Shown here one piece after another: positions 35,697 to 45,806 of a DNA stretch of 64,000 bases. This DNA is from Candidatus Xenobia bacterium (GTDB lineage Bacteria; Vulcanimicrobiota; Xenobia; Xenobiales; QWHO01). The notes under the pieces were generated by a model, which saw only the letters and a program-made list of their open reading frames with translations, was not told the DNA's origin and made no database searches. The stretch spans positions 1 to 64,000 of the forward strand of contig BTUM01000037.1 in assembly GCA_045863235.1 (NCBI GenBank), read 5' to 3'. Every line of letters begins with the position of its first letter. The first letter of the stretch is position 1. The position numbers and the translations under genes are program-made.

Positions 35697-37439
35697 CTAC
35701 ATGCGTTCGAGAGCGGGGATGTTTAAAAGGGAAAGACCGATCTCGAAAGCCCGGGCCACGCCGGCGCTGAGGGTCAGGCGCCGACGGCGCACCGAGTCAG
35801 GGATTTCGGCCTTCAGGATGGGGCAACGATCCCAGAAGACGTTGTAGCAGCGGCCCAGACCGAACAGGTACTCGCACAGCACATGGGGCGTGAGGTGCTC
35901 GGCCACCCGGTCGAGCACGTCTCCGAGACGCAAAAGCTCGACCGCCAGGGCCTTCTCCTCGGGCTCCTCCAGCTTCAGGTCGCCGGCTTCCGGCACGAAC
36001 TCGGTGCCAAAGCGCACCAGGTGCTCGCGCAAGAGCGAGCGGGTGCGCACCAGGGAATATTGAAGGTAGGGCCCGGTGTTCCCCTCGAAGGCCAGAAGCT
36101 TCTCCCAGTCAAAACGATAGTCGGTGGTGCGGTGCTGGCAAAGGTCGGCGTACTTGACCGCTCCGATGCCCACCTGCTCAGCCAGCCGGTGCAGCTCATC
36201 GTGGTTGGCCTCGGGATAGCGCTCGGCCACCTTGGGATAGACCCGCTCGGCGGCCTCGTCGAGCAGCGCCGCCAGGGTCACCGTCCCACCCTCACGGGTC
36301 TTGAAGGGCCGACCATCCTGCCCCAGCATCATGCCGAAACCCACGTGCTCGAGCCGGGGCCGGCCGTTCTGGAGCATGCCCAGCAGGCTGGCGGCCTCGA
36401 AGAGTTGCACGAAGTGGAGTGACTGGCGCACGTCCACCACATAGATGATGCGGTCCGGATCGTACTGCTCGAGCCGTTCCTCCAGGGTGGCCAGGTCGGT
36501 GGTGGCGTAGAGGAAAGCCCCGTCCTTCTTGCGCACCAGGAAGGGCTTGTCTCCCAGCTCGGGATGGTCTCCGTAGAAGATGGCAATGGCGCCCTGGTCT
36601 TCCCGGGCCAGCCCTTGAGCCACCATCCGGTCCACCAGCGCGGGAAGCACATGGTTGTAGTGGCTCTCCCCCTTCCAGGAGTCAAAGCTCACGTTCAGCC
36701 GGTCATAAAGCGACTCGGCATCGCGCCGCGACAGCCCCACGAAGCGCTCCCAGAGGGCCTTGTTCTCGGGATCGCCGGCCTGGAGGCGCGACAGCTCCTG
36801 GCGTGCCTCCTCGGCCACCTCGGCGCTCTCCCGGGCGCGTTCGCTTCCGTGCTTGTAGAGTCGCTCCAACTCGCCCAGCGGGTCTTGCTCGAGCAGGATG
36901 GCGTCGTGACCTTGCTTGAAGGACCAGATCAGCGTGCCGAACTGGGTGCCCCAGTCGCCCACGTGGTTGTCTCCCACCACCCGGTGGCCCAGAAAGCGCA
37001 GCGTGCGCACCAGGCTGTCGCCCAGAATGGTGGAGCGCAGGTGGCCCACGTGCATCCGCTTGGCCACGTTCGGGCTGGAGAAGTCCACCACGATGCTCTG
37101 AGCGGGTTGCTGCTCCTCTACCCCCAGCCGCTCGTCCACCGCGATCCGACCCACCTGCCGCCCCACCCAGGCCGGATCGAGGCGCAGGTTGATGAAACCA
37201 GGCCCGGCGATCTCGGGGGGCAGGCAGGCTCCTTCGAAGTCCAGCGTCGCCACCAGCTTCTCGGCCAGCTGGCGAGGATTGCCTTTGAGCTGCTTGGCCA
37301 GCGGCAACACGCCGTTGATCTGATAGTCGCCGAACTTGGGGTCGGTGGCCACCCGCAGATCGGGCTCAGGGTTCTCCAGGCCGAAGGCTTCTTGCATGGC
37401 TTTGCGGGCTACTCGGGTCAGGTGCTGGTTCAGTCGCAT
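35697..37439 (-). CDS. argS: Arginine--tRNA ligase
   Basis: FGDYQ, AGPGFIN, DFSSPNVAKRMHVGHLRST, GDWGTQFG, FKTREG, GNTGPYLQY, ends ERM. Confidence 0.96.
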   Translation of the reverse strand: MRLNQHLTRVARKAMQEAFGLENPEPDLRVATDPKFGDYQINGVLPLAKQLKGNPRQLAEKLVATLDFEGACLPPEIAGPGFINLRLDPAWVGRQVGRIAVDERLGVEEQQPAQSIVVDFSSPNVAKRMHVGHLRSTILGDSLVRTLRFLGHRVVGDNHVGDWGTQFGTLIWSFKQGHDAILLEQDPLGELERLYKHGSERARESAEVAEEARQELSRLQAGDPENKALWERFVGLSRRDAESLYDRLNVSFDSWKGESHYNHVLPALVDRMVAQGLAREDQGAIAIFYGDHPELGDKPFLVRKKDGAFLYATTDLATLEERLEQYDPDRIIYVVDVRQSLHFVQLFEAASLLGMLQNGRPRLEHVGFGMMLGQDGRPFKTREGGTVTLAALLDEAAERVYPKVAERYPEANHDELHRLAEQVGIGAVKYADLCQHRTTDYRFDWEKLLAFEGNTGPYLQYSLVRTRSLLREHLVRFGTEFVPEAGDLKLEEPEEKALAVELLRLGDVLDRVAEHLTPHVLCEYLFGLGRCYNVFWDRCPILKAEIPDSVRRRRLTLSAGVARAFEIGLSLLNIPALERM

Positions 37440-37538
37440 AGGTGCGATCAGGTTTTCCGAGTCCCTGGCTGACACCTGCCTTCAGGGCCGGGTTGCTCGC
37501 CGGGGACGACGGTGGAGAATCTCCGCGGCGTTGCGCGC

Positions 37539-38813
37539 TTACGGGCCTGGTTGAGCAGGCTGCGGCCGGCGCTTGGGCACCCGGACGCCACCCACGATGA
37601 TCCGGCCCTCGGTGTCAAAGACCTGGGGGGTGCGGGGAGGTCCCTGAGCCAGCTTCTGGGACCACTCGGCCGGCGTCTGCAAGCCATAGACATAGCGACC
37701 GTAGGAGCTGGTGTAGATCAGGCCGTCTTCCCCGAAGATCGGCTTGGCGAAGGTGTTGCGATCCTGGAAGGTCCACTCATGGATTCCCTGATCGCTCAGG
37801 CACATCAAAGCTCCGCCACGGATTCCCATGATCACGCCGCCGTCCGGCCGGGCAGTCAGGTGCAAGGTGGGCCCCAACTGCTGGCTCCACAGCGGACGGC
37901 CCTCGCGGTTGAAGGCCATGACGGTATCGCGGTCCTCTCCCCCACTCGCATAGACGTTGCCCTGGCGGTCGATGGCGGGGGTATCGTAATGCTCGAAGCC
38001 CCGCTTGTTGCCCAGGCTCTGGCTCCAGCGAACCTGCCCGGTGACTCCGTCCAGGACGTACAGCTTGTCGGCTCCAAAACTGACGGTCCCGTCCGGACCG
38101 ACCGCCACGTCCGTCTTGATGGGAGAGAACCCGTTCCCGCCGCCTTTCAGCTCCGAGAAGCGCCACTTTTCCTTGCCATCGGGCGCGAAGGCATAGACTT
38201 CGCCGTCCTTGGTGGCCATGTGCACGGTCCCGTCCGGGCCCACCACCGGCGGACGGCTCCAGGCCGATTCCAGCGGCTTCTTCCAGAGCTCCTCTCCCTC
38301 CGGCGAAACCGCGTAGAGCGTATCGTGATCGCAGATGTAACAGTTGCCCTCGGGGCCTGAAGCGGTGCCGGTGGAGAGCGATTCGGCCGGCGAGACCTTC
38401 TTGCTCCAGAGCAGCTCCCCGCTCGAACTGAAGGCCTGGAGCTCGCTGGTGCGAGAGACATAGACCCCGCCGTCCAGGCGGGGGGAAGGGTCGCCGCCGT
38501 AACTGACCCCCTCCTCGCCCCGAGCGGCCATCTCGCCCGACGTGTTGAGGCGCTGGAAGAACGGAGACCCACCCACCAGGGTGAGGCCGGCTCTGGTCCA
38601 CACCATTTCGGTGCCGTGGCTGCCTGCATCGTGCTTCCAGATGGAAGGATTGTCCACCGTAGGCACACGACCAGACGCCAGTGCGCGGACTGCGCCCGTC
38701 AGGTCCAGCCCCGCGGAGGTGGGCTCGAAACGGTCCTGTGGCTCTTCTGACCCCGAGGCAGCCAGAGGCCGGGTCAGGGGGGGCAAGCCGATCCTGGAGC
38801 TGGAGACGAGCAT
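37539..38813 (-). CDS. PQQ-like beta-propeller repeat protein with non-Sec leader
   Basis: Repeats PxVGPDGTV...YAFAPDGKEKW; C-terminal IIVGGVRVPKR. Confidence 0.85.
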   Translation of the reverse strand: MLVSSSRIGLPPLTRPLAASGSEEPQDRFEPTSAGLDLTGAVRALASGRVPTVDNPSIWKHDAGSHGTEMVWTRAGLTLVGGSPFFQRLNTSGEMAARGEEGVSYGGDPSPRLDGGVYVSRTSELQAFSSSGELLWSKKVSPAESLSTGTASGPEGNCYICDHDTLYAVSPEGEELWKKPLESAWSRPPVVGPDGTVHMATKDGEVYAFAPDGKEKWRFSELKGGGNGFSPIKTDVAVGPDGTVSFGADKLYVLDGVTGQVRWSQSLGNKRGFEHYDTPAIDRQGNVYASGGEDRDTVMAFNREGRPLWSQQLGPTLHLTARPDGGVIMGIRGGALMCLSDQGIHEWTFQDRNTFAKPIFGEDGLIYTSSYGRYVYGLQTPAEWSQKLAQGPPRTPQVFDTEGRIIVGGVRVPKRRPQPAQPGP

Positions 38814-38854
38814 CAACTCTCCCACCCTTTCTTCTGAATCATCATGCTCCCGAC

Positions 38855-38886
38855 AGTCTAAGAGGGTGACTTGAAAAAGGTCTGAA
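38855..38886 (-). promoter_or_regulatory. Class A direct-repeat promoter TTCAG-N6-TTCAA-N10-TAGACT
   Basis: Identical spacing to the other class A sites. Confidence 0.65.
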
Positions 38887-38909
38887 GTCCTGGAAGTCGG
38901 GCCCAGATG

Positions 38910-41072
38910 TCAAAGCTCGATGTCGTGGGCCGAGTTGCCCCGCTCGCCAAGCTGCACTTCGGTCCGGAAGCGGTGCTGCAAGACCAGGCGCAGGTACTCG
39001 CGAACCCGGCCCGTGCGTGCGCCGGAGGGCAGGATCCTCAAGGCAAGCCCCAGGTCGGCCGGCGTCATCGAGCCCAGGGGCCGGTTCAGGAGGGGCGTGA
39101 GCTGGGCCAGCTCGAGCTTGAACTGGTAGCCCTCCAACCTGCGCCAGCAGACGATCAGCCGGCCATCAGGCACAAACCAGCAATCGAGAACCTGTCGGTT
39201 GGCCTGGCGGTTTGCCACGGTGCCCACCAGCTCGAACGTACGGGCGTTTCTCAGCTGCGATTCCCCCCAACCCACCGTGGCCAGCAGCGAGCCATCGCCG
39301 GAGAAGCAGAAGGCGCTGGCTGCCAGCTCGGCCAGCAGGCGGCCGGTGGCGAGCTCGAGGACCGTCAGTGCCCTCTCTCCCTGACAGAGCAAGCTGGCCC
39401 CATCGGGGCTGAAGGACACAGAGGAGAGCTCCCCGGTTTCAGGGTCGCACACGTGCCACTTTGCCCCGGACCAGCAGATCAATCGCCGGAGCCCGGCGCG
39501 ATTGGCCTGGCCGACCGCCAGCTGGTTGCCCTCGGCCGAGATGGCCAGCGCCTCCACGAAAGGCTCGGGGAACGGGCAATCCAGGGCCAGGGTGGAGCGC
39601 TCCAGCGAGGGCAGTCTGACGACCTCCACCCGGTCGGGACATCCCAGAGCGACCCGATCCCCCGCCTCAGAGATGGCCAGGCATCCCTCCACCTCGCGAA
39701 AGATCTCCCGGTCCGATCCGGTGGCCAGATCGAGCAATCGGACCGTGTTGCCGGCAGACCAGATGACCAGCCAGCCTGACCCGAATGCCAGCTGGCGGAA
39801 CTTGCGCCCGGAACCGGATCGCTCGGCGCACTGCAGTTGGTAGAGCTGCTCCTTCTTGTCCAGATCCCAGACGATGACTGCGCCGTCTGCGCCCCCGCTG
39901 GCCAGGAGCCGACCTGCGGGATGGAAGGCGAGAGCGTCCAGACGTTCTATCGCCTCGGTCCAGAAGTCCCCGGTGCGGCCGACGCACTGCAACTCCCCGG
40001 CCAGGTGGCCGAACAGGGTGCTCTGCGAGCTGTGGGCGAGATCGGTCAGGGTCAGCGCGCAAGCAGGTCCCCGGTAGACCACCTGGCCGCTGGCCGGGTG
40101 CAGCTGCAAACGGTCGGTCGCTACCGAGAGCAAGATCTGCTCGCACTGCACCACCTCTTCGAGCAGAGCCGGATCGGGACACTGCAGGCGCAGAGCTCGG
40201 TAGAGATCGGCTTCGGCCGGCTGAGAGCGCAGCGAGTCCAGTTGGCGCAAAGCCCGGGCCGACCACAGCACGGGAGCCTCCAGCACCAGTTTCCAGAGCT
40301 CGTCGGGACGATCCCTGACCAGCTCGAGCAGGGTCTCCCAGCCAGCCCCGCCTGGCAACTTCATCGGCTGCAGCACGGCCCGGGCTAGCTCGCCCGAGCC
40401 CTGACGGCGCACCTGGGCACGGATGCGCCCGGCCAGGCCAACGGGAGCCCGGGAATAGGCCAGCGCCAGCAGGCGGTGATCGGGATCGAGCTCGCGCCAC
40501 CGCTCCACCTGTCCGGTCACGAACAAGAAGACGGCGCGCTCCTCGGGCTCCTCGGGAAGGGCTCCGCTCTCCACCAAGAGTCCCAGGGCTGCTTCGGGGC
40601 AGTCGTCGCGCAGGCAGACCCTGGCCAGGCGCCCGCTCCACGCCGAGCCGGTGAGGATTCTCCTGGCCCGTTCTCCCTCGGGAGCCGGTCGGTCCAGGGA
40701 CCCGGCCAGGAGCAGGCAGACGGCCACGAAATCCTCTTTCTCCAGGAAGTGCTCGCCTGAAGGGATGAAAAGGCAGGAGACCACCCGCACCTCCAGCCTG
40801 CGACCGCCAGGTCGGTCGCAGCCGGCCAGGAGCGCGACCAGGTCCTGGTCGCGAGTCTGAACGAAGAGCTCCCAGTAGTCGTTGAGAATCTCCTGGCTCA
40901 GGTAGCTGGAATCGAGTATCCGGGCTACGGCTCTGGCCCGGACGGCCCGACGAGCGGGATGGTTCTCGTCCACCAGACCCATGGCCACCTCTCGGGCCGC
41001 CCCAGCGTCGCCAAAGCAAGCCCGGATGAGGACATTCTGGTCGTGCAGCCAGCCGCGCAGTCGTTCGATCAG
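38910..41072 (-). CDS. Helical N-terminal domain plus WD40-repeat protein
   Basis: LAFHPAGRLLASGGADGAVIVWDL, VSFSPDG, FSGDGSLLA; start uncertain (CTG 41072 lies 13 nt after a sigmaH-like motif). Confidence 0.8.
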   Translation of the reverse strand: MIERLRGWLHDQNVLIRACFGDAGAAREVAMGLVDENHPARRAVRARAVARILDSSYLSQEILNDYWELFVQTRDQDLVALLAGCDRPGGRRLEVRVVSCLFIPSGEHFLEKEDFVAVCLLLAGSLDRPAPEGERARRILTGSAWSGRLARVCLRDDCPEAALGLLVESGALPEEPEERAVFLFVTGQVERWRELDPDHRLLALAYSRAPVGLAGRIRAQVRRQGSGELARAVLQPMKLPGGAGWETLLELVRDRPDELWKLVLEAPVLWSARALRQLDSLRSQPAEADLYRALRLQCPDPALLEEVVQCEQILLSVATDRLQLHPASGQVVYRGPACALTLTDLAHSSQSTLFGHLAGELQCVGRTGDFWTEAIERLDALAFHPAGRLLASGGADGAVIVWDLDKKEQLYQLQCAERSGSGRKFRQLAFGSGWLVIWSAGNTVRLLDLATGSDREIFREVEGCLAISEAGDRVALGCPDRVEVVRLPSLERSTLALDCPFPEPFVEALAISAEGNQLAVGQANRAGLRRLICWSGAKWHVCDPETGELSSVSFSPDGASLLCQGERALTVLELATGRLLAELAASAFCFSGDGSLLATVGWGESQLRNARTFELVGTVANRQANRQVLDCWFVPDGRLIVCWRRLEGYQFKLELAQLTPLLNRPLGSMTPADLGLALRILPSGARTGRVREYLRLVLQHRFRTEVQLGERGNSAHDIEL

Positions 41073-41133
41073 GGTGAGCGCATGCTTCCCCCCGGCATAA
41101 GGGGGACCCTGCGCGGACGGCGAAGGCCCCCCG

Positions 41134-41595
41134 ATGCACCCCAATGAGGAGCTGATCCACCGTTTCTACCAGTCCTTTCGGCAGCGGGACGCCGAGGGCA
41201 TGGTCGCCTGCTACCACCGTGATGTCGTCTTCTCCGACCCCGTCTTCCCCGAGTTGCGGGGGCCCTCGGCCGCCAACATGTGGCGCATGCTGTGCCAGCG
41301 CGGCAAGGACCTGGAGATCGCCTACCGCGACGTTCAGGCCGACGACCAGCAAGGGCGGGCCCACTGGGACGCCGACTACACTTTCTCGGGCACCGGTCGC
41401 AAGGTGCACAACCAGATCGATGCCACTTTCGTCTTTCAGGACGGGCTGATCCGCGAGCACCGTGATCACTTCGACCTTCATCGCTGGATGAGCATGGCAC
41501 TGGGCCTGAAAGGTCGCCTGCTGGGCTGGCTTCCCCCGGTTCAGAACGCGGTGCGCAAGCAGGCTGCTACCGCTCTGCGCAAATTCAAACCATGA
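41134..41595 (+). CDS. SnoaL/NTF2-like protein
   Basis: FYQSF..RDAEGMVACYH.DVVFSDPVF, TGRKVHN, IREHRDHFD; AGGG-N17-CGAA 9 nt upstream. Confidence 0.88.
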   Translation: MHPNEELIHRFYQSFRQRDAEGMVACYHRDVVFSDPVFPELRGPSAANMWRMLCQRGKDLEIAYRDVQADDQQGRAHWDADYTFSGTGRKVHNQIDATFVFQDGLIREHRDHFDLHRWMSMALGLKGRLLGWLPPVQNAVRKQAATALRKFKP

Positions 41596-43001
41596 GTCCT
41601 CGCTGGGACGCCATCGTGGTGGGTTCGGGCCCCAATGGCCTGGCGGCGGCCATCGAGCTGGCCCGCCACCAGCGCTCGGTGCTGGTGCTGGAGGCGGCCG
41701 CCGAGCCGGGCGGCGGCATGCGCACCGCCGAACTGACCCTGCCCGGCTTCAAGCACGACGTGTGCGCCTCCATCCACCCCACCGGATTGGCCTCGCCCTT
41801 CTTCAAGCGGTTACCCCTGGACGTGGAGTGGGTGCATCCCGATGTTCCCCTGGCCCATCCCCTGGATGGCGGGCGGGCGGTGATCATGGAGCGCTCGGTC
41901 AGCCGCACGGCCGAGCGCCTGGGCCGGGACGGCCGCGCCTACCAGAGCCTGATGGCCCCCTTCGTGGCTGGCTGGGACCGCATCGACCGAGAAGCCCTGG
42001 GTCCGGTTAGCATCTTCCCCCGCGCCCCTTTTCTGATGCTGCGGCTGGCTTTTTACGGTTTGCGCTCGGCCCGGAGCCTGGTGGGTCGTTTTCAGGGCCA
42101 GGAGGCGCCCGCTTTGCTGGCCGGTCTGGCCGGCCACTCAGTGCTGCCCATGGAGTGGATGCCAAGCGCCGCCGCGGCTCTGGCCCTGGGAACCCTGGCC
42201 CACCGGGTGGGTTGGCCCATGGTGCGAGGAGGCACGGGGGCGCTGGCCCGGGCCCTGCTGGGCGTGCTGCACCAGTTGGGGGGTGAGGTGCGCTGCAACC
42301 ATCCGGTGAGGAGCCTGCGCGAGCTGCCCGAGGCCCGCATCAAGTTGCTTGACCTCACCCCGCGGCAGTTCGTGGCCATGGCCGGGGATGATCTGCCCTC
42401 CAGTTGGAAGGATCGGCTGCTGAGCTTCCGCTACGGTCCGGGCGTGGTCAAGGTGGACTATGCCCTGTCGGCCCCGGTGCCCTGGACCAACCCCGAGGTA
42501 GCCCGGGCGGCCACCGTGCACCTGGGGGGCACCTTCGAGGAGATCGCCCGCTCCGAGCGGGCCTGCTGGGAGGGGCGCCACGCCGAGCGGCCCTACGTGC
42601 TGTGCGTGCAGAACAGCCTGTTTGACGCCACCCGCTCTCCGCAGGGCAAGCATACCCTGTGGGCTTACTGCCACGTACCCAACGGCTCGCCACTGGACGC
42701 AAGCCCCTGGATCGACGATCAGATCGAGCGCTTTGCTCCCGGCTTTCGCGAGCTGGTGCTGGCTCGCTCGGTGCTCACTCCGGATCGGCTCCAAAGCTAC
42801 AACGCCAACTACGTGGGCGGTGACATCACGGGGGGGGCGCTGACCTTGCGCCAGCTCTTCACCCGTCCGGTGGTGCAGCTCGATCCCTACCGCACGCCCC
42901 TGCCGGGCGTCTTTCTCTGCTCCTCCTCCACTCCGCCGGGAGGGGGCGTGCACGGGATGTGCGGCTATCACGCCGCTCGCTCGGCCCTGGCCGGCTGGTG
43001 A
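41592..43001 (+). CDS. FAD-dependent oxidoreductase, phytoene desaturase-like family
   Basis: VVGSGPNGLAAA, GGGMRT, STPPGGGVHGMCGY. Confidence 0.9.
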   Translation: MSPRWDAIVVGSGPNGLAAAIELARHQRSVLVLEAAAEPGGGMRTAELTLPGFKHDVCASIHPTGLASPFFKRLPLDVEWVHPDVPLAHPLDGGRAVIMERSVSRTAERLGRDGRAYQSLMAPFVAGWDRIDREALGPVSIFPRAPFLMLRLAFYGLRSARSLVGRFQGQEAPALLAGLAGHSVLPMEWMPSAAAALALGTLAHRVGWPMVRGGTGALARALLGVLHQLGGEVRCNHPVRSLRELPEARIKLLDLTPRQFVAMAGDDLPSSWKDRLLSFRYGPGVVKVDYALSAPVPWTNPEVARAATVHLGGTFEEIARSERACWEGRHAERPYVLCVQNSLFDATRSPQGKHTLWAYCHVPNGSPLDASPWIDDQIERFAPGFRELVLARSVLTPDRLQSYNANYVGGDITGGALTLRQLFTRPVVQLDPYRTPLPGVFLCSSSTPPGGGVHGMCGYHAARSALAGW

Positions 43002-43342
43002 TCTACCACCTGACTTCCGACCCGGCCTGCCTGGAGCCGGAGAGCCTCAAGAGCGAGGGCTTCGTGCACTGCTCGACGGCCGAGCAACTCCTGGCCACGG
43101 CCGAGCGTTACTTCAGCCACCTCGAGGAGGTGCACGTGCTCGAGCTCGACCCGGCCAAACTTGGCGCAGAGCTGCGCTATGAGCAACCTGCCGGACCGCT
43201 CTCGCCCAACGAGCTCTTTCCCCACCTCTACGGGCCGATCGAGGCGCGGGCCGTGGTGAGAGTCTGCCGTCTGATCCGACAGGACGGCTGCTTTACCTGG
43301 GCGGACGGGGGTGTCCCTCGGGAGGAGGGGGCCGCCAGCTGA
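42998..43342 (+). CDS. DUF952 domain protein
   Basis: IYHL, SLKSEGFVHCST, FPHLYGPI; GTGA overlap. Confidence 0.88.
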   Translation: MIYHLTSDPACLEPESLKSEGFVHCSTAEQLLATAERYFSHLEEVHVLELDPAKLGAELRYEQPAGPLSPNELFPHLYGPIEARAVVRVCRLIRQDGCFTWADGGVPREEGAAS

Positions 43343-45035
43343 TGCTTTCGAATAGCATGCTGGCCTCGGGCTTCAAGGTCTCGGGCGATACATCCGGTCC
43401 AACCTGAGCGATCACCACGGCGTAGATCACCGGTGGGCCGGATGGCTCCACGCCTGGAAAGATCATCAGAGCGCCGATGGCGTCCGGGCTCTCGAGCTGA
43501 TAGGTGTGCTGCTCGGGTGATACGGCGCGGACTGTCTGCCAGTTTTCGGCAAGGTCCTTCAAGATGGCGGCCGCGAAGTCGGGCATGTTCGCGTTGCGCT
43601 CGGCCAGAATGAGGATTCGTCGCTCCACACCGTCCTTCTCAACGCGAAGAAGCAGGTCGAGGTGGCTCTCATCCCGTCGCTCGTGGTCCACCTCGTAGTC
43701 GCGGGGAACGACCAGCTTGAGGGCAAAGCCTCGAAAATCGAGGCTCCGCACCGAGCCGGACAGAGCGGGAAAGCGGGGAGGCTCGGGCGGTGCACTCACC
43801 GCGGCGGGCTCGGGCGCGGCAAGCAGGCGGGGGCGAGCGCGTGGGTAGGTCACGGGAGCGGGCGTGGCCCGCAGAATCGGCCGCGGCCTGGGTCGAGGAC
43901 GGGCCACCGGCTGAAGCGGCGGAGGGGGCGGCGGGGCTGCCGGGGGCGGCGGAGCGGGAGGCACTGGCAGGTCGACCGGCTCCACCTCGGGCTGGGCCGG
44001 TGGGAGCATTGCCACGGTGGAGGGTGTGCTGCTCGATACGGGAGCGACCATGGCGCTGGGAGCCACCGCCGGCGCCGTGGTCATTCCCCGCCCGATCCAC
44101 AGGCCAACCAGCAGGGTGCCCAGCAAGGCCATGGCCACCAGAGCCGGCTGCGCGCGCGAGGGGGTCGGCGCCGGGTCGGTCCGGACCACCGGGGCACCCG
44201 CAGTGGTGACGGAGAACGAGCGACGCCCGGCCAGCCAGTCCGCCAACGCCTGGCGCATCTCGCGGGCGCTGGCAAAGCGTTCGTGAGGAAGAATGGCGCT
44301 GGCCCGGTCGACGATGGCTACCAGGGCGGGATCCTGTCCGGGGTCGGTGACCCCCAGTGAGGTCACCTCCAGTGGCACCGGCTCGCGGTTGGTCAGGAGG
44401 TGGTGCATGGTCACCCCCAGAGCGTAGAGGTCCGAGCGCGGCTCGGAGCGCCCCTGAATCTGCTCCAGGGGCGAATAGCCCAGCGTGCCAACGGCCGTCT
44501 GGGTGCGCGTCCCGCCCACGACGCGGGCCAGCCCGAAATCTACCAGCATGATCTTGCCCGTCTTGAACTCGCGGATCAGATTGGCCGGCTTGATGTCGCG
44601 GTGGACCACGGGAGGATCGAGCTCGTGCAGGTAGATCAGGGCGTCGAGCACTTGCAGGATGTCTCTCACCAGCACTTCGGGAGCAAAGGGTTGGCCGGTG
44701 AGTTGCATGGAGTCCTCGAGTTGCTGCTGCAAGTTGGCCCCGTGGATGTAATCCATCACGATGTAGCAGAGCCTGTTCTCGCGGAAAAAGTCGCGCACAG
44801 CCGGGATAGCCGGGTGCTTGAGGCGGGCGAGCAAGGCCTTCTCTTCCTCGAACTTGCGTTGGATCAGCTCGGCGTCGTCGGTGCCGAGCAACTCCTCGAG
44901 CATCTCCTTGACGGCGCAGGCAGCGCCGTCAAGATGGCCGTCGCGGGCCTCATAAACCGCGCCCATCCCGCCGCTGGTGAGCACCCGGACGATGGTATAG
45001 CGATCACGGAGGAGCTGACCGGGTACCAGCGGCAT
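43293..45035 (-). CDS. Membrane Hanks-type Ser/Thr protein kinase
   Basis: GGMGAVY, AVKE, HRDIKPAN, DFGLA, GTLGY; TM, Pro-rich linker, extracytoplasmic domain. Confidence 0.93.
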   Translation of the reverse strand: MPLVPGQLLRDRYTIVRVLTSGGMGAVYEARDGHLDGAACAVKEMLEELLGTDDAELIQRKFEEEKALLARLKHPAIPAVRDFFRENRLCYIVMDYIHGANLQQQLEDSMQLTGQPFAPEVLVRDILQVLDALIYLHELDPPVVHRDIKPANLIREFKTGKIMLVDFGLARVVGGTRTQTAVGTLGYSPLEQIQGRSEPRSDLYALGVTMHHLLTNREPVPLEVTSLGVTDPGQDPALVAIVDRASAILPHERFASAREMRQALADWLAGRRSFSVTTAGAPVVRTDPAPTPSRAQPALVAMALLGTLLVGLWIGRGMTTAPAVAPSAMVAPVSSSTPSTVAMLPPAQPEVEPVDLPVPPAPPPPAAPPPPPPLQPVARPRPRPRPILRATPAPVTYPRARPRLLAAPEPAAVSAPPEPPRFPALSGSVRSLDFRGFALKLVVPRDYEVDHERRDESHLDLLLRVEKDGVERRILILAERNANMPDFAAAILKDLAENWQTVRAVSPEQHTYQLESPDAIGALMIFPGVEPSGPPVIYAVVIAQVGPDVSPETLKPEASMLFESISWRPPPPEGHPRPPR

Positions 45036-45109
45036 GGGGGGATCTTCGAGTCTGCGGGCGACTCCCCCTCGGCCCGAAGGTTTTGCCCTACACGGCGCGT
45101 GCCGAGACT

Positions 45110-45140
45110 TCTATACTCCCGCGCGTTGCGGGAGTATAGA
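45110..45140. repeat. Perfect 13-bp inverted repeat TCTATACTCCCGC-N5-GCGGGAGTATAGA
   Basis: Read directly; each arm contains TATACT. Confidence 0.85.
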
Positions 45141-45204
45141 CAATCTGTTGAACGGCGCCCCGCCAACTCCTGAAGTGTTCAACGCGCGGCGCCTTATCAG
45201 CGGA

Positions 45205-45771
45205 TCAGCGCTCTTCCCAGAGGCGAAGCCGCGCCTCCAGGTCGCGAATTCGAGCCTGGGCATTCAAGCGCGACTCGGTTTCATTCTCGGCCCTGAGCTC
45301 GGCGTCGTCGAGGCGCTTTTGCAGGTCGGCCTCGCGCTCGCGGGACTCCTTGAGCAGGCGCCGGGTCATCTCCAACTGCCCTTCGGTCCAGCCCAGGCGC
45401 AGGATGATCTCCTCATGGCGCGAGAGGGGCACCACCCCCAACCCGATAGCCTCGCGCTTGACGCGGTCCTGGGTGACCGGGTCGAAGGTCTCCTCCGAGC
45501 GGGTGCGCTGAGGCTCAAGCGAGCTGACCACCGACAGCTTTCCCCCTTCCACCGAGCGCAACCCTCCCGTGGCCACGATCTCGGCCACCCTCGCCCGCTT
45601 GCGACGGGCGAAGTTCTTCACCTCGGCCTGGGGGATCAAGATGGCTCCGTTGGGCGACTTTCGATGGCCCACCCGGCCCTGGCTCACGTAGCGTTGCACC
45701 GAGCGGGGGCTCTTGCCGATGGCTCGGGCAAACTCGACAATAGAAAGATACTCGATGGTCTCAGGAAGCAT
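45205..45771 (-). CDS. Excisionase/MerR-like HTH protein with C-terminal coiled coil
   Basis: LSIVEFARAIGKSPRSVQRYVSQGRV; AGGATTT...GGAA promoter at 45782-45806. Confidence 0.8.
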   Translation of the reverse strand: MLPETIEYLSIVEFARAIGKSPRSVQRYVSQGRVGHRKSPNGAILIPQAEVKNFARRKRARVAEIVATGGLRSVEGGKLSVVSSLEPQRTRSEETFDPVTQDRVKREAIGLGVVPLSRHEEIILRLGWTEGQLEMTRRLLKESREREADLQKRLDDAELRAENETESRLNAQARIRDLEARLRLWEER

Positions 45772-45806
45772 CGAATGAATGTTCCTCAAACCGGGATGAA
45801 AATCCT

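Noticed and set aside
45205..45771. Excisionase-like HTH as evidence of a prophage or ICE
   Set aside because: No integrase, att site or phage genes nearby.
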